DNA of 64,000 nt from Eledone cirrhosa (taxonomy: Eukaryota): the NCBI GenBank assembly GCA_964016885.1, contig OZ024755.1:13454001-13518000 (forward strand), read 5' to 3'. Below the pieces are notes generated by a model, which worked only from the letters and a program-made list of their open reading frames with translations, had not been told where the DNA came from and did not search any database. Shown piece by piece: positions 12,050 to 29,300 of this stretch; within the stretch, counting starts at the first letter, position 1, and each line of letters opens with the position of its first letter. A program made the translations under genes and the position numbers.

Positions 12050-12325
12050 TTGGAGGTGTCGTTAGAGCGTTTCTGCTCTCTGAGTTCAAATCCCGTCGAG
12101 ATCAACTTTCATTCTTTCGAGGTCGATAGAAAGTATCTCTTATACGGGGGTCGATTTTCCTCTATATCTCTTTCTCACTTACTCTCACTTTCTATCGTTA
12201 TCTGGAAGAAATATGTTGTGTTCAAACCTGGAGAGGGAGAGGCTCCACCAGGCTTAAAATGTCCAAGAAACGCTGTATGTCACTACAGCGCCCCCACGAT
12301 TCCATCAGGTGTTATGGGACCGTAC
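12050..12325 (+). mobile_element. composite SINE (family A head/body + extended alternative tail)
   Basis: ctgagttcaaatcccgtcgag..ggtcgata followed by ggcttaaaatgtccaagaaacgctgtatgtcactac; same tail at 14325-14620 (-) and 32500-32715 (+). Confidence 0.7.
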
Positions 12326-12704
12326 CATACCAATTCAACCATCCACACAACCAACCGTCCAACCAACCAACCAACCAACCAACCACCCAACCAACCATCC
12401 TCCCAACCCAATAATTAACACCTCCTTCATTATTAACATATCTATAAAATCTCTGTGCGATATAGTTTCACCACTAGCAAATTTAATTGTCATAAATATA
12501 TTACTCTATACTAATTATTAACACACACACATACACACACACACATACATACACCTACATGCAGACAGACACACACACACTGACAAACAGACACACATAT
12601 ATACAAACAGACATACACACTCACACATACACACACATTACAGTTGATGTTTATGGTATTTTATTTAATTAGTTAGATAAATATTTACATGATTTGAATA
12701 GGGG

Positions 12705-13415
12705 GAGGCGAAGAAAAAGATGAAGAAAAGGAAGATGGAGAAAAGGATGAAGATGAAGACGAAGAAAGCAAAGAAGTACTGAAAGAAAATGAAAGAAAAA
12801 ATAAAAGGAAGAAAAAGAGAGTATGAAGTGAACGAAAATGTAAAGACGAAGAAGAATGGAAAGCAAAGACTGATAATAATAATAATAATAATTGTTTCTA
12901 TTTTAGGCACAAGGCCAGCAATTACCCAGTGTATTACTGGTACTTTATTTTATCGACCCCGTCAACCTCGGCGGGATTTGAACTCGGCGGCAATAATAAT
13001 AATAATAATAATAATAAAAACGTGAAAAGAAAAGAAATAACGCAAAGAGAAACGAAAGAAGACGATGAAGACGAATAAGAAGAGAGAGAGAGATAAAAGA
13101 TGAAGAAAACGAAGACGAAAAGAAAAACGAAGATGAAGAAGAAAGAGAAGAGGTAAAAGACGAAGAAAACGAAGATGAAAGAAGTGAGAAGTAAAGGAGG
13201 AAGAAAACGAAGAAGAAAACGAAGAAAACGAAGACGAAGAAAACGAAGACGAAGAAGAAAACGAAGACGAAGAAGAAAACGAAGAAAGCGAAGAAAACGA
13301 AGAAAGCGAAGAAGAAAACGAAGAAGAAAACGAAGAAAACGAAGAAGAAAGAGAAGTGAGAGGTAAAGGTGGAAGAAAACGAAGATGAAAACGTAGAAAG
13401 CGAAGAAGAAAGAGA
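12705..13415. repeat. purine-rich (GAA/AAAACGAAG)n low-complexity repeat
   Basis: direct inspection. Confidence 0.9.
12890..12990 (-). mobile_element. internally deleted SINE family A within (AAT)n
   Basis: attgtttctattttaggcacaaggccagc..cgacccc|gtcaacctcggcgggatttgaactc; (AAT)n on both sides. Confidence 0.8.
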
Positions 13416-14043
13416 CAGCGACGGCGATGGATTAGTAAAGAGTATATTTCGATCTCACTGTAACAAAGTTGTTATTACGAAATACCAATAATTGGTTGTT
13501 TCCACAAGAAAACTGTGACCTGATGTCTTTTAAAAAGCCGATATATTGAACATATATTGATGTATAGCTAAGATATTGATGGAAACTTTTGCCAAACTTC
13601 AATATTATCTTTCCTAGTGTAATTGAATATATATGTGAAATATAATAGAATTTTATAGAAGCGAATGCATAGCAGTATGGTTAAAGAGTTCATTTAGCAA
13701 CCACGTGATTCTGAGTTCAGTCGCGTATATCCTCTACAAGTTTGAAAAAATAACTACCAGGGTTGATGTAATCGACTAAATCCTTCCAATACAGTTGGAA
13801 GTTGTTGAGTTCTTTATAAAGTAACATACTTTAATTTGACTTAAGGAGGGTGCGTTTGTAGAAATAGCAAATCATGCCGTCTTTATTATATCTTTGTGTC
13901 CGTTGGTGAATATTAGCGTCGTAAGTGAGAGATTTCCTACGATTATTTTATTTTCTGACATTGAGAGTGACAAGAGACGGTCTAATTCTGTGATGCTGCG
14001 TCATGGGCTTGACGGACAGAATGACGAATGCGTTATCCTAGAG

Positions 14044-14222
14044 CAGTCATGTCAAACTGAGGGTCCCCCGAGGGCCACATGGGTCGCATATGTGTTGTCT
14101 GAGAGCGACACTCGACAACAAATTGCGCACATTACAACTAATTCTTTATATTTTATATTACGAAGATAAAACATGCTCGCGCTGTAAAAACCTTTGTGCG
14201 GGCCGCCGCATGTTTAACATGG
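14044..14222. mobile_element. possible hAT-type MITE remnant
   Basis: starts CAGTCATGTCAAAC, ends GCGGGCCGCCGCATGTTTAACATG (imperfect inverted match); no TSD found. Confidence 0.4.
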
Positions 14223-14324
14223 AAAATAGCGAAAAATAAAATACGTTGAAATATTCAGCCAAACACACAGAGTTCTCTAATATGTATATTCCGAAGATAG
14301 CTGAATTGATGTATGCATGTATAG

Positions 14325-14620
14325 TGTTGTTGGGGCACCGTATTGACATACAGCGTTTCTAGGGCATTTTTTAAACATGGCAGAGCCCATTTCTCCATGT
14401 TTCAATACAGCAAATTTATTCGAGAGAAGGTTAGAGAGAGTGAGAGAATAGAAGTGAGAAAGAGATATAGAGAAAGAATCGACCCCAGTATTAGACTGAT
14501 ACATTTCTATGAACGGATGGCAGGCAAAGTTGACATCGGCGGGATTTGAACTCAGAGACCAAAGATTCAAAACAAATACCACAAAACATTCTTTCTGACG
14601 TTCTAACGACTCTGCCAAGG
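14325..14620 (-). mobile_element. composite SINE, second copy
   Basis: reverse complement of the 12050-12325 pattern (ttgacatacagcgtttctagggcattt..gggatttgaactcaga). Confidence 0.7.
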
Positions 14621-14984
14621 TGAATTAATAGGCAACATCAAAGTGCCAAACTAAATGCTTTACACGATAAAATTTTCCCCATCTAAATTCTCATTTCAAA
14701 TTCAAATTTCTTTTTAGTCGGCTTCAAGATTTTATCACTTCACGGCCAATAAATGAATAAATACCAATATACACTTGAATCAATATATTCGATTGTAGTT
14801 CCTTTCAACAATTGATATTGAGCTTAAGAAATCATTGTTTGAATTTTGAATGCCAATCTATGCTAGTTACAAGAATTTACCCGACGTAAGTTAATGAGCA
14901 GACTGACTTCAAATATTGGTTAGAAATGAGCACTGTAAAAGTGTAAATAGGTGAAAGAATAATTTAATGGAAGTATACTGAAAT

Positions 14985-15100
14985 ATGAAGGCGGCAGAGT
15001 CGTTACAACGAAATTCGTTCTGACCCTCAAGGCTTCGAGTTCAAATCTTTCCGAAATGAACTTTGCCTTTCATCCTTTCGAGATCGAGAAATAAAGTCGA
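14985..15100 (+). mobile_element. degenerate SINE family A fragment
   Basis: gagttcaaatc..actttgcctttcatcctttcgagatcga. Confidence 0.65.
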
Positions 15101-15101
15101 T

Positions 15102-15167
<66 letters not shown>

Positions 15168-15433
15168 TCTTTCTCCCTCTCTCCAACGGCACTTTTAAAA
15201 CTCCATAAAGTAAACTGCCTTCAAAACCTTAGAGATTGATGTATACATGAATGAACGATTAGAGAACCTATAGACATTCTTTCACTTTGATGATTATACG
15301 GTGCCATATAAATGCACTACTACTACTACTAAAATACAGCAAAACAATCCATTCGGTTCATTAATAATTCCACCAACCCACCTTTGTTGGACTTGTCCTT
15401 TATTTATCAACCCCAAATAGACGAAAGGAAAAG

Positions 15434-15615
15434 TACGAGAGTCGGCTGAAAAGTTCATAGGCCGACCATGATACTCTCATGGAATGACCAAACGAGGTTT
15501 ATTTTTTCAACATAGTGCCTGGAAAGAAACAAGATAGTTATTAATAATAAGAGTTGAAATTAACGCATGCAAGAGTTAAAATTAACGCATGCAAGATTTC
15601 ACAGATCTAGCATTA
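15434..15615 (+). mobile_element. mariner-derived MITE (one TIR retained)
   Basis: TACGAGAGTCGGCTGAAAAGTTCATAGG terminus; interior is the reverse complement of 33585-33700; internal ~22-bp tandem duplication aagagttgaaattaacgcatgc. Confidence 0.7.
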
Positions 15616-16149
15616 CCATTACCCCTTCATATTCAGCCAATAGACTTTTCAGCTGACGCTTGTATACCTCGACAGGATTTGAACTCTGTGTAGAGAGAAC
15701 CGGTCCAAATAACTACACGTTTAATCCGAAGCTCTAGCGAGGTCTTGAATGAAAGCAACATTAAAACCAGAAACGTTACTTTTGTTGAGCGGTGGGAGGA
15801 GAAAAACCAGTGAAATATACATAAAATGATTTTCAATGGCAATGGCGAAAGTATTATATATCAGTTTAAATGAGTATTCTTGTAGAACGGAAATTGTGTG
15901 AGGTCTTGCCGATATCTGTAGTCGTATATCGCCTAGATTAATCAATCAATAGATAAATCTAGAAACTATGACAACACACAAGATTAGAAATACTGGTCAA
16001 CTAATAGCAATTATGATAAACTGAATAAAGTCTAAAATACAGTTTTTGAAGGACTCTTCATTTTAATCAAATTTGTTTCACTTTCTCTTGGTGCTACTCT
16101 GACAATCTCTCTCTCTATGTGTTTATATATATATATATTTATATATATA

Positions 16150-16251
16150 CAGGGTGTGTGAAAAGAAACGCCCTATTTACACACGCACGTTTGTGGGTGT
16201 GTGCGTGCGCGCGCGCGCGCTTAAATAAGGCGTTTCTTTTCACACACCCTG
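16150..16251. mobile_element. 102-bp Tc1/mariner-type MITE
   Basis: 30-bp TIRs CAGGGTGTGTGAAAAGAAACGCCcTATTTA / TAAATAaGGCGTTTCTTTTCACACACCCTG, TA on both sides. Confidence 0.85.
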
Positions 16252-22470
<6,219 letters not shown>

Positions 22471-23154
22471 TCCCTTTAAGACACCACAGTACTTAAAATA
22501 CGAAATAAACAATGAAAGGCAAAGTATAGAACGAAATTGCATTTAACAGATACAAATCTTCTAAAGCAGGGTCTGTTTGATATTTATTAATCTACTCAAA
22601 AACTTTCATAAATAACTCTACTTTGTTCGATATATTGGGCACATAATATGTCTCTCTTTTAGTTTCTCACTAACAAGTTGTCTTTCTGGCGGCCATTTAG
22701 ATATGGAACATAAAGGAATTTATAATAAATTGCGATACATAAAGAAACAAACAGAACGCAGAACAAGTGTAAACATTGTGAACAGAGCTGTGAAGTGCTA
22801 CAAAGTCTGCCAAAATCAAAACTTGCTAGCTTTTATTTTAAACTGAGTGGTGAAAAAAACCTGTTCCATAAAATTGTCGTATTGCAAATAATTCCTTGAT
22901 TTATCCATGTGCAATGGCGGCCAAATGTACACTATGTCCTATTACTACACGAAGGGATATAGATAGAGGAACAATTTAACATTAGAAACTAAATTCGAAG
23001 TATAACAGTGATACAAACAATTCACAGTAATGTCGGGACAGGGAGCACGGAGCTGCACTGGCTATGGGGGCTATATTTCCGCTCCTGAAGCTTTCCATAA
23101 TTGTGTGTATGCGCGCATGTGTGTGGGTGTTGGCGAGTATTCCAGTTGAAGTGA

Positions 23155-23405
23155 TCACTGAAACAACCTGGCTCGTCAAATTAACGTGCAACTGACTGAG
23201 TATGCTACAGGCAGGTGTACCTTTAACCTTATCCTCAAGGAGATTCAGTGTGACAAGGATGTCCCTTTCAATTACAAGTGAAACTCATTTTTACGCCAGA
23301 TAAGTGGACTGGAGCAACGTGAAATAAAGTGTCTTGCTCAAGGACACACTGAATCGAACTCACTAGCTTAAGATTGAGTACCCTAACTACTAAACCACGC
23401 ATCCC
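23155..23405 (-). mobile_element. tRNA-derived SINE, family B
   Basis: minus strand: gcgtggtttagtagttagggt..gagttcgattc..gtgtgtccttgagcaagacactttatttcacgttgctccagtccac; related pieces at ~32245-32375, 38830-38990, 43770-43915, 49490-49625, 51620-51805, 54310-54480. Confidence 0.7.
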
Positions 23406-23585
23406 CCTCTCTCACTATGTATTTGTATGTATGTATATTTATATATAATGTAAATCTATTCTATGTTCGTAAGTATATATATATATATTTATATATATAT
23501 ACCCATTTGCATTGTTGAGGCTTCCAAAACGACCAATTTTATATATATATATATATATATGTAGGTATATATATATATATATATG

Positions 23586-23626
<41 letters not shown>

Positions 23627-23632
23627 ATATAT

Positions 23633-23757
<125 letters not shown>

Positions 23758-24001
23758 GTTTTGCGAGGTTTTTTATATGAAATCGTGTGTCGAAACAGAT
23801 ATTGTTATATTTGGGGAGGGTCATATTTGCGTAATATTGCCAGAATTAATAACAGAACACACTCACTGTTTGGTTGGTTTTCGCTTCTCGCTGTCTTTTA
23901 TATATATATATCTGCGATCTAACTTACTCGGTCCTCAATGTTGCCATTGACTGACCGGCGGTCAAAAATAATACAGATACAATATAGACAAACACATATA
24001 T

Positions 24002-24059
24002 ATATAGTTTACATAAATCTTTCGTTGCACATCTGCAACATCGTCAGTGGTGTTATATT
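24002..24059 (-). ncRNA. candidate minimal hammerhead ribozyme (inverted copy)
   Basis: reverse complement of 26123-26180. Confidence 0.7.
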
Positions 24060-24325
24060 CATTGTTCCTCCTGTTGTGTTGTATGTCTACGCCATTTTTT
24101 TTTTGTTCAGTCTGTCTATATATTTATTTATTTATTTATTTGCTTGTTTGTTTATCTTATTTTATTTTGTCTTCTTTGCGCATGCGTTTGCGTGTGTGTA
24201 TAGTGTTATGTGTGATGTGTGACTAGTGTGTATAGAGTTGTGTCTGCTGGGTGACTAGTGTGTGTTTATGTGCTTGTGTATGTATTTATTTATCTTATTT
24301 TATTTAATTTAATTTACTTATTTAT

Positions 24326-25440
24326 TTATACTTCTCTTAGGTCAGTGTTGTTTGTTTGGGTGTTGTTGTTGTTCCACTCATTCTTTCTGTTTAGCTTTGG
24401 TCTTCTAATTTCTATTTCACTGGCCTCTCTGATTTGCCTATCTGCTGGGTCATTCCTATGTTTAGATATTATTCTAATTTCTATGTTGTCTATGTTACCG
24501 TCATGATGTTGTCTAGCATGTTCGTATAGTACTGACCCGTTTTTTCGTCCTTTTAGTTCCCCCCAGTGTTGGTCTATCCTTTCACCTATGCTACGAGCTG
24601 TCTCACCTATGTATGTTGTTGTCGTGTTTCTGCAAGTACCCTCTGTGCATCTTATGCTATAGACTACGTTTCTAGTTTTACAGTTTATCCGGGGGTTCAC
24701 CTTACATATGATACATTTCCTATTGGTACAGTGGGTTTTCTTAAAAGGGTAGGTTTTGCTGATCAGGGATTTTATGGTGGTTCCTGGCTTTTCTACCACC
24801 TTTATTTTTAAGTGGGTCTTTCTCAGGGCCTTTCTACACTGGTTAGCTAATTTCCCTCCAGGGGTGGCGTCCACAAACATGACACTCTGATATCTCTGGT
24901 TGTCGTACCATGATGTGGCCTTCCCTATCTTATGTCTAGCCCTATCTAAGCTATTCCATGATTTGCTCCTGTATAGTGGGCAAATTCCTTTCATGTCCAG
25001 TTCTATGAGGGTCTTATACTTTTCCATGGCTCCTTCGTATACTCTGACTCTGTCTCTTTGGTTGTAGCCAGAGAACTGCATGCGGTTGATGAAGTGTTGG
25101 ATGTGTCCTTCCATTTCTGTTGGGTCGCACATGCTGGACACATTCTTCATCACTCGTACCAAATCTGCGATCAGAATATTAAACTTAGCACTACTGGACA
25201 TTGCTGAGTTTTTGAGTATCAGGTATTTGGAGGCCATGGGTTTAGCATAGTGTGAGTGGAGAATTTGGGCTCTCTCGTCTATAGTGTTAATCCAGAGTTC
25301 TGTGTCTAATACAGGTAGTCTATTGTTAGGGTGTTTGGAAGGGAAGTCTATAGTTACAGTTATACTCTGGTGTATGGAATTAGCTATCTGCTGGATGCTT
25401 TCCATCGTGCTACGTTCTAAATCAAACTTGTTAGTGCTCT
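24326..25440 (-). pseudogene. inverted 5'-truncated copy of the Penelope ORF (thumb, Cys linker and GIY-YIG; 359-aa ORF from an internal Met)
   Basis: peptide identical to the C-terminal 359 aa of 26358-29990. Confidence 0.93.
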
Positions 25441-26383
25441 AGAAAACCCACTGTACCAATAGGAAATGTATCATATGTAAGGTGAACCCCCGGATAAACT
25501 GTAAAACTAGAAACGTAGTCTATAGCATAAGATGCACAGAGGGTACTTGCAGAAACACGACAACAACATACATAGGTGAGACAGCTCGTAGCATAGGTGA
25601 AAGGATAGACCAACACTGGGGGGAACTAAAAGGACGAAAAAACGGGTCAGTACTATACGAACATGCTAGACAACATCATGACGGTAACATAGACAACATA
25701 GAAATTAGAATAATATCTAAACATAGGAATGACCCAGCAGATAGGCAAATCAGAGAGGCCAGTGAAATAGAAATTAGAAGACCAAAGCTAAACAGAAAGA
25801 ATGAGTGGAACAACAACAACACCCAAACAAACAACACTGACCTAAGAGAAGTATAAATAAATAAGTAAATTAAATTAAATAAAATAAGATAAATAAATAC
25901 ATACACAAGCACATAAACACACACTAGTCACCCAGCAGACACAACTCTATACACACTAGTCACACATCACACATAACACTATACACACACGCAAACGCAT
26001 GCGCAAAGAAGACAAAATAAAATAAGATAAACAAACAAGCAAATAAATAAATAAATAAATATATAGACAGACTGAACAAAAAAAAAATGGCGTAGACATA
26101 CAACACAACAGGAGGAACAATGAATATAACACCACTGACGATGTTGCAGATGTGCAACGAAAGATTTATGTAAACTATATATATATGTGTTTGTCTATAT
26201 TGTATCTGTATTATTTTTGACCGCCGGTCAGTCAATGGCAACATTGAGGACCGAGTAAGTTAGATCGCAGATATATATATATAAAAGACAGCGAGAAGCG
26301 AAAACCAACCAAACAGTGAGTGTGTTCTGTTATTAATTCTGGCAATATTACGCAAATATGACCCTCCCCAAATATAACAATAT
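25441..26383 (+). repeat. 5' pseudo-LTR (943 bp: GIY-YIG coding end, UTR, ORF start)
   Basis: direct repeat of 29575-30517. Confidence 0.95.
26123..26180 (+). ncRNA. candidate minimal type I hammerhead ribozyme
   Basis: CTGACGA-T-GTTGCA(GATG)TGCAAC-GAAA-GATT-TA; core boxes and stem II are clear, stems I and III are weak. Confidence 0.72.
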
Positions 26384-29300
26384 CTGTTTCGACACACGAT
26401 TTCATATAAAAAACCTCGCAAAACTAATTCATCGCCGCTATGGCATTAGCTTGTGCCAAGCTGAAAGGTTATTGAAAGACACTGTTTTCTGTTATATAAA
26501 AACTACAATAACAACAGAACAAATCCGCTTCTTAAAACACTGTGTTTCCTCCAAAACATACACAACAAACATATCAAAACAAGTAAATAATTTATTACTG
26601 AACAAAACACAAGCTGAACGGCTAAAACACACAATAACAGTTAATATGAAAAGAACAACATACACAAAAGTCAACGCACTCTACAGACAAAAACGCATCA
26701 ACGGTAAGGAAATCCGAAATCTCATCACAGCAAACGAGAGAGATGACTTCATGAGCGTCATCCGACGCGAAACGAAATATGCTCAAAACGAATGCTGTAG
26801 GCATTTCAAGAAGAAATTAGAATGGATGAATAAGAAAAAACTACAAGAAAGGAAAATCGAATATTCTCAAAAATACCCAGATAACATCGACAACATCCGT
26901 ATGAGTGATGTAAAACTACCGGAAGAATTTACCAATGACCACACAGTAAATATCTATGGGAACACTTTAATCAGTGAACAAGAACAACAAATCCTAAAGT
27001 TACCACCAAAATTTGCCATCTACAAAAAGATTAATCCTATGGAATGCAAAACGGAGCTGGAAAAGTGTTTCACAAAAATACGTTGGAATGCAAAGGTAAA
27101 CAACAACAACAATAATAACGGTAGTAGTAATATAAACAATAACTCTGGGTATAGAAATAACAGCCATAACCATAACAATGGCAGGAAAGTGAGAAATAGT
27201 GATAATGGTAATAATACTAGCGATAGACAGAACAACAACAACCACAATAATAATAATAATAGAAACGTTAACCACAGACACAGCAACAGTGACCACAGTA
27301 GTAATAACGGTAACAATACGAACAACAACAACAACAATAACCACAGTGGTAATAATGGAAATAGTACATGTAGCAACATCAACAAAAACAAGAAACATAA
27401 TAATAGTAACAACCACAATGGTAGAAATAGCAGTAACAACAACAACAATAACGGTGAAGTAAACAACAATACATCTAGCAATCATAACAATAATAATATT
27501 AATGCTAAGGATAGAAACAACAACAACCACCATGATAACAATAATAGCAACACACACAACTATGACGATAGAAATAACGACAACCCCTTAGAGAAACTAT
27601 TTTTCAACCCAGCTGACAAAACATATAAGATGGGTAATATCTATCCTACGAGGTTACCCTTTAATAAAAGAGTTTGCATACCACAACAAATAGATGACGA
27701 GACGGAGGCACAGTTCACCATAGCTAGAAATAAGATTAGACAAGTAGTAGACAGGTACACTATGAGACAGAGCAGACCAGAGGCCCAACAACTTGGGATA
27801 AAACCTGTAGAAGGCTTGGTTAGCCTCAAGCAGCGCACAAGGGATGGTGAGGTAGTGTGTCTACCCACAGATAAGTCTGGTAGGATGTCAATAGATAGCA
27901 TGCCGAACTACATCGAGGCAATGCAACCCCACATCACCAACACGAGCGAAGTTGCACAACTAACACACGATGGGAGAGAAAAAACCCTCAACGCTCACAT
28001 GATGATGTGGACTGACATCCTAAAGCCAAGCAGACGCACTGCCAACAACTTCCAGGCGTCTAACAATGGCATACCACCCTTGTATGGGCTCCGCAAAGAC
28101 CACAAGACAGTCGACGACCCGACAATAGGACCACCAACAAGACCTGTATGCGGAGCTAATATAGCTAGCAACTACAGGATCTCCTACTTCCTCTCAATGG
28201 TTATACGCCCCATAATCAAGATGTCCCCAGATGTATGTGAAAGTACAGAGGACCTCCTCAGCGGAATCAGTGAGTGCAACAAAAACAGGAGCCTATCCAA
28301 CTGCATAATAGGCAGCATGGATGTGGTGTCACTGTACCCATCCATTAACATTGATTTTGCTGTGAAAAGATGTGTGGAGATGATCATTGAGAGTGAGGTG
28401 GAGTTCTGCGACGTCGACACAGACGAACTGGGCCTCCTACTTAGACTTACCTACGACACTGACTACCTAGACAGCCATGACCTTAGATGTTTCTGCCCTA
28501 GTAGACCTATAAGAGGTAGACCCCCCACCATAACCTCAATGGCTAAAAAGACTCCCATAGGAAGGTGGATTGGGTGGACCAAAGCTATACGGACCCCCCA
28601 AAACACTGATCAGGTAAGAAAAATGGTCGCACATGCAATAGGGGCTAGTATCAAAACTACCCTAAAGGGCCACATATTTAAGTTCAATGAGAAAATCTAC
28701 ACCCAAAATGAGGGAGCAGCCATCGGCGTCAGCATAGCTGGCGATGTTGCCAACCTTTTCATGGTATGGTGGGAAAGGAGACTTAAAGATCTCCTTAATG
28801 AAAGCTCCATAGACCTCATCATGTACTCTCGTTATGTAGACGATATCAATATAGTTATAAGAACACCCCCACTAGAGAGCACTAACAAGTTTGATTTAGA
28901 ACGTAGCACGATGGAAAGCATCCAGCAGATAGCTAATTCCATACACCAGAGTATAACTGTAACTATAGACTTCCCTTCCAAACACCCTAACAATAGACTA
29001 CCTGTATTAGACACAGAACTCTGGATTAACACTATAGACGAGAGAGCCCAAATTCTCCACTCACACTATGCTAAACCCATGGCCTCCAAATACCTGATAC
29101 TCAAAAACTCAGCAATGTCCAGTAGTGCTAAGTTTAATATTCTGATCGCAGATTTGGTACGAGTGATGAAGAATGTGTCCAGCATGTGCGACCCAACAGA
29201 AATGGAAGGACACATCCAACACTTCATCAACCGCATGCAGTTCTCTGGCTACAACCAAAGAGACAGAGTCAGAGTATACGAAGGAGCCATGGAAAAGTAT

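Noticed and set aside
13175-13366. Protamine-like poly-Arg/Lys ORF
   Set aside because: Part of a larger (AAAACGAAG)n purine repeat; no gene context.
27000-27557. Hydrophobic antisense ORFs (poly-V/L)
   Set aside because: Reverse-strand shadows of the Asn-rich tract.
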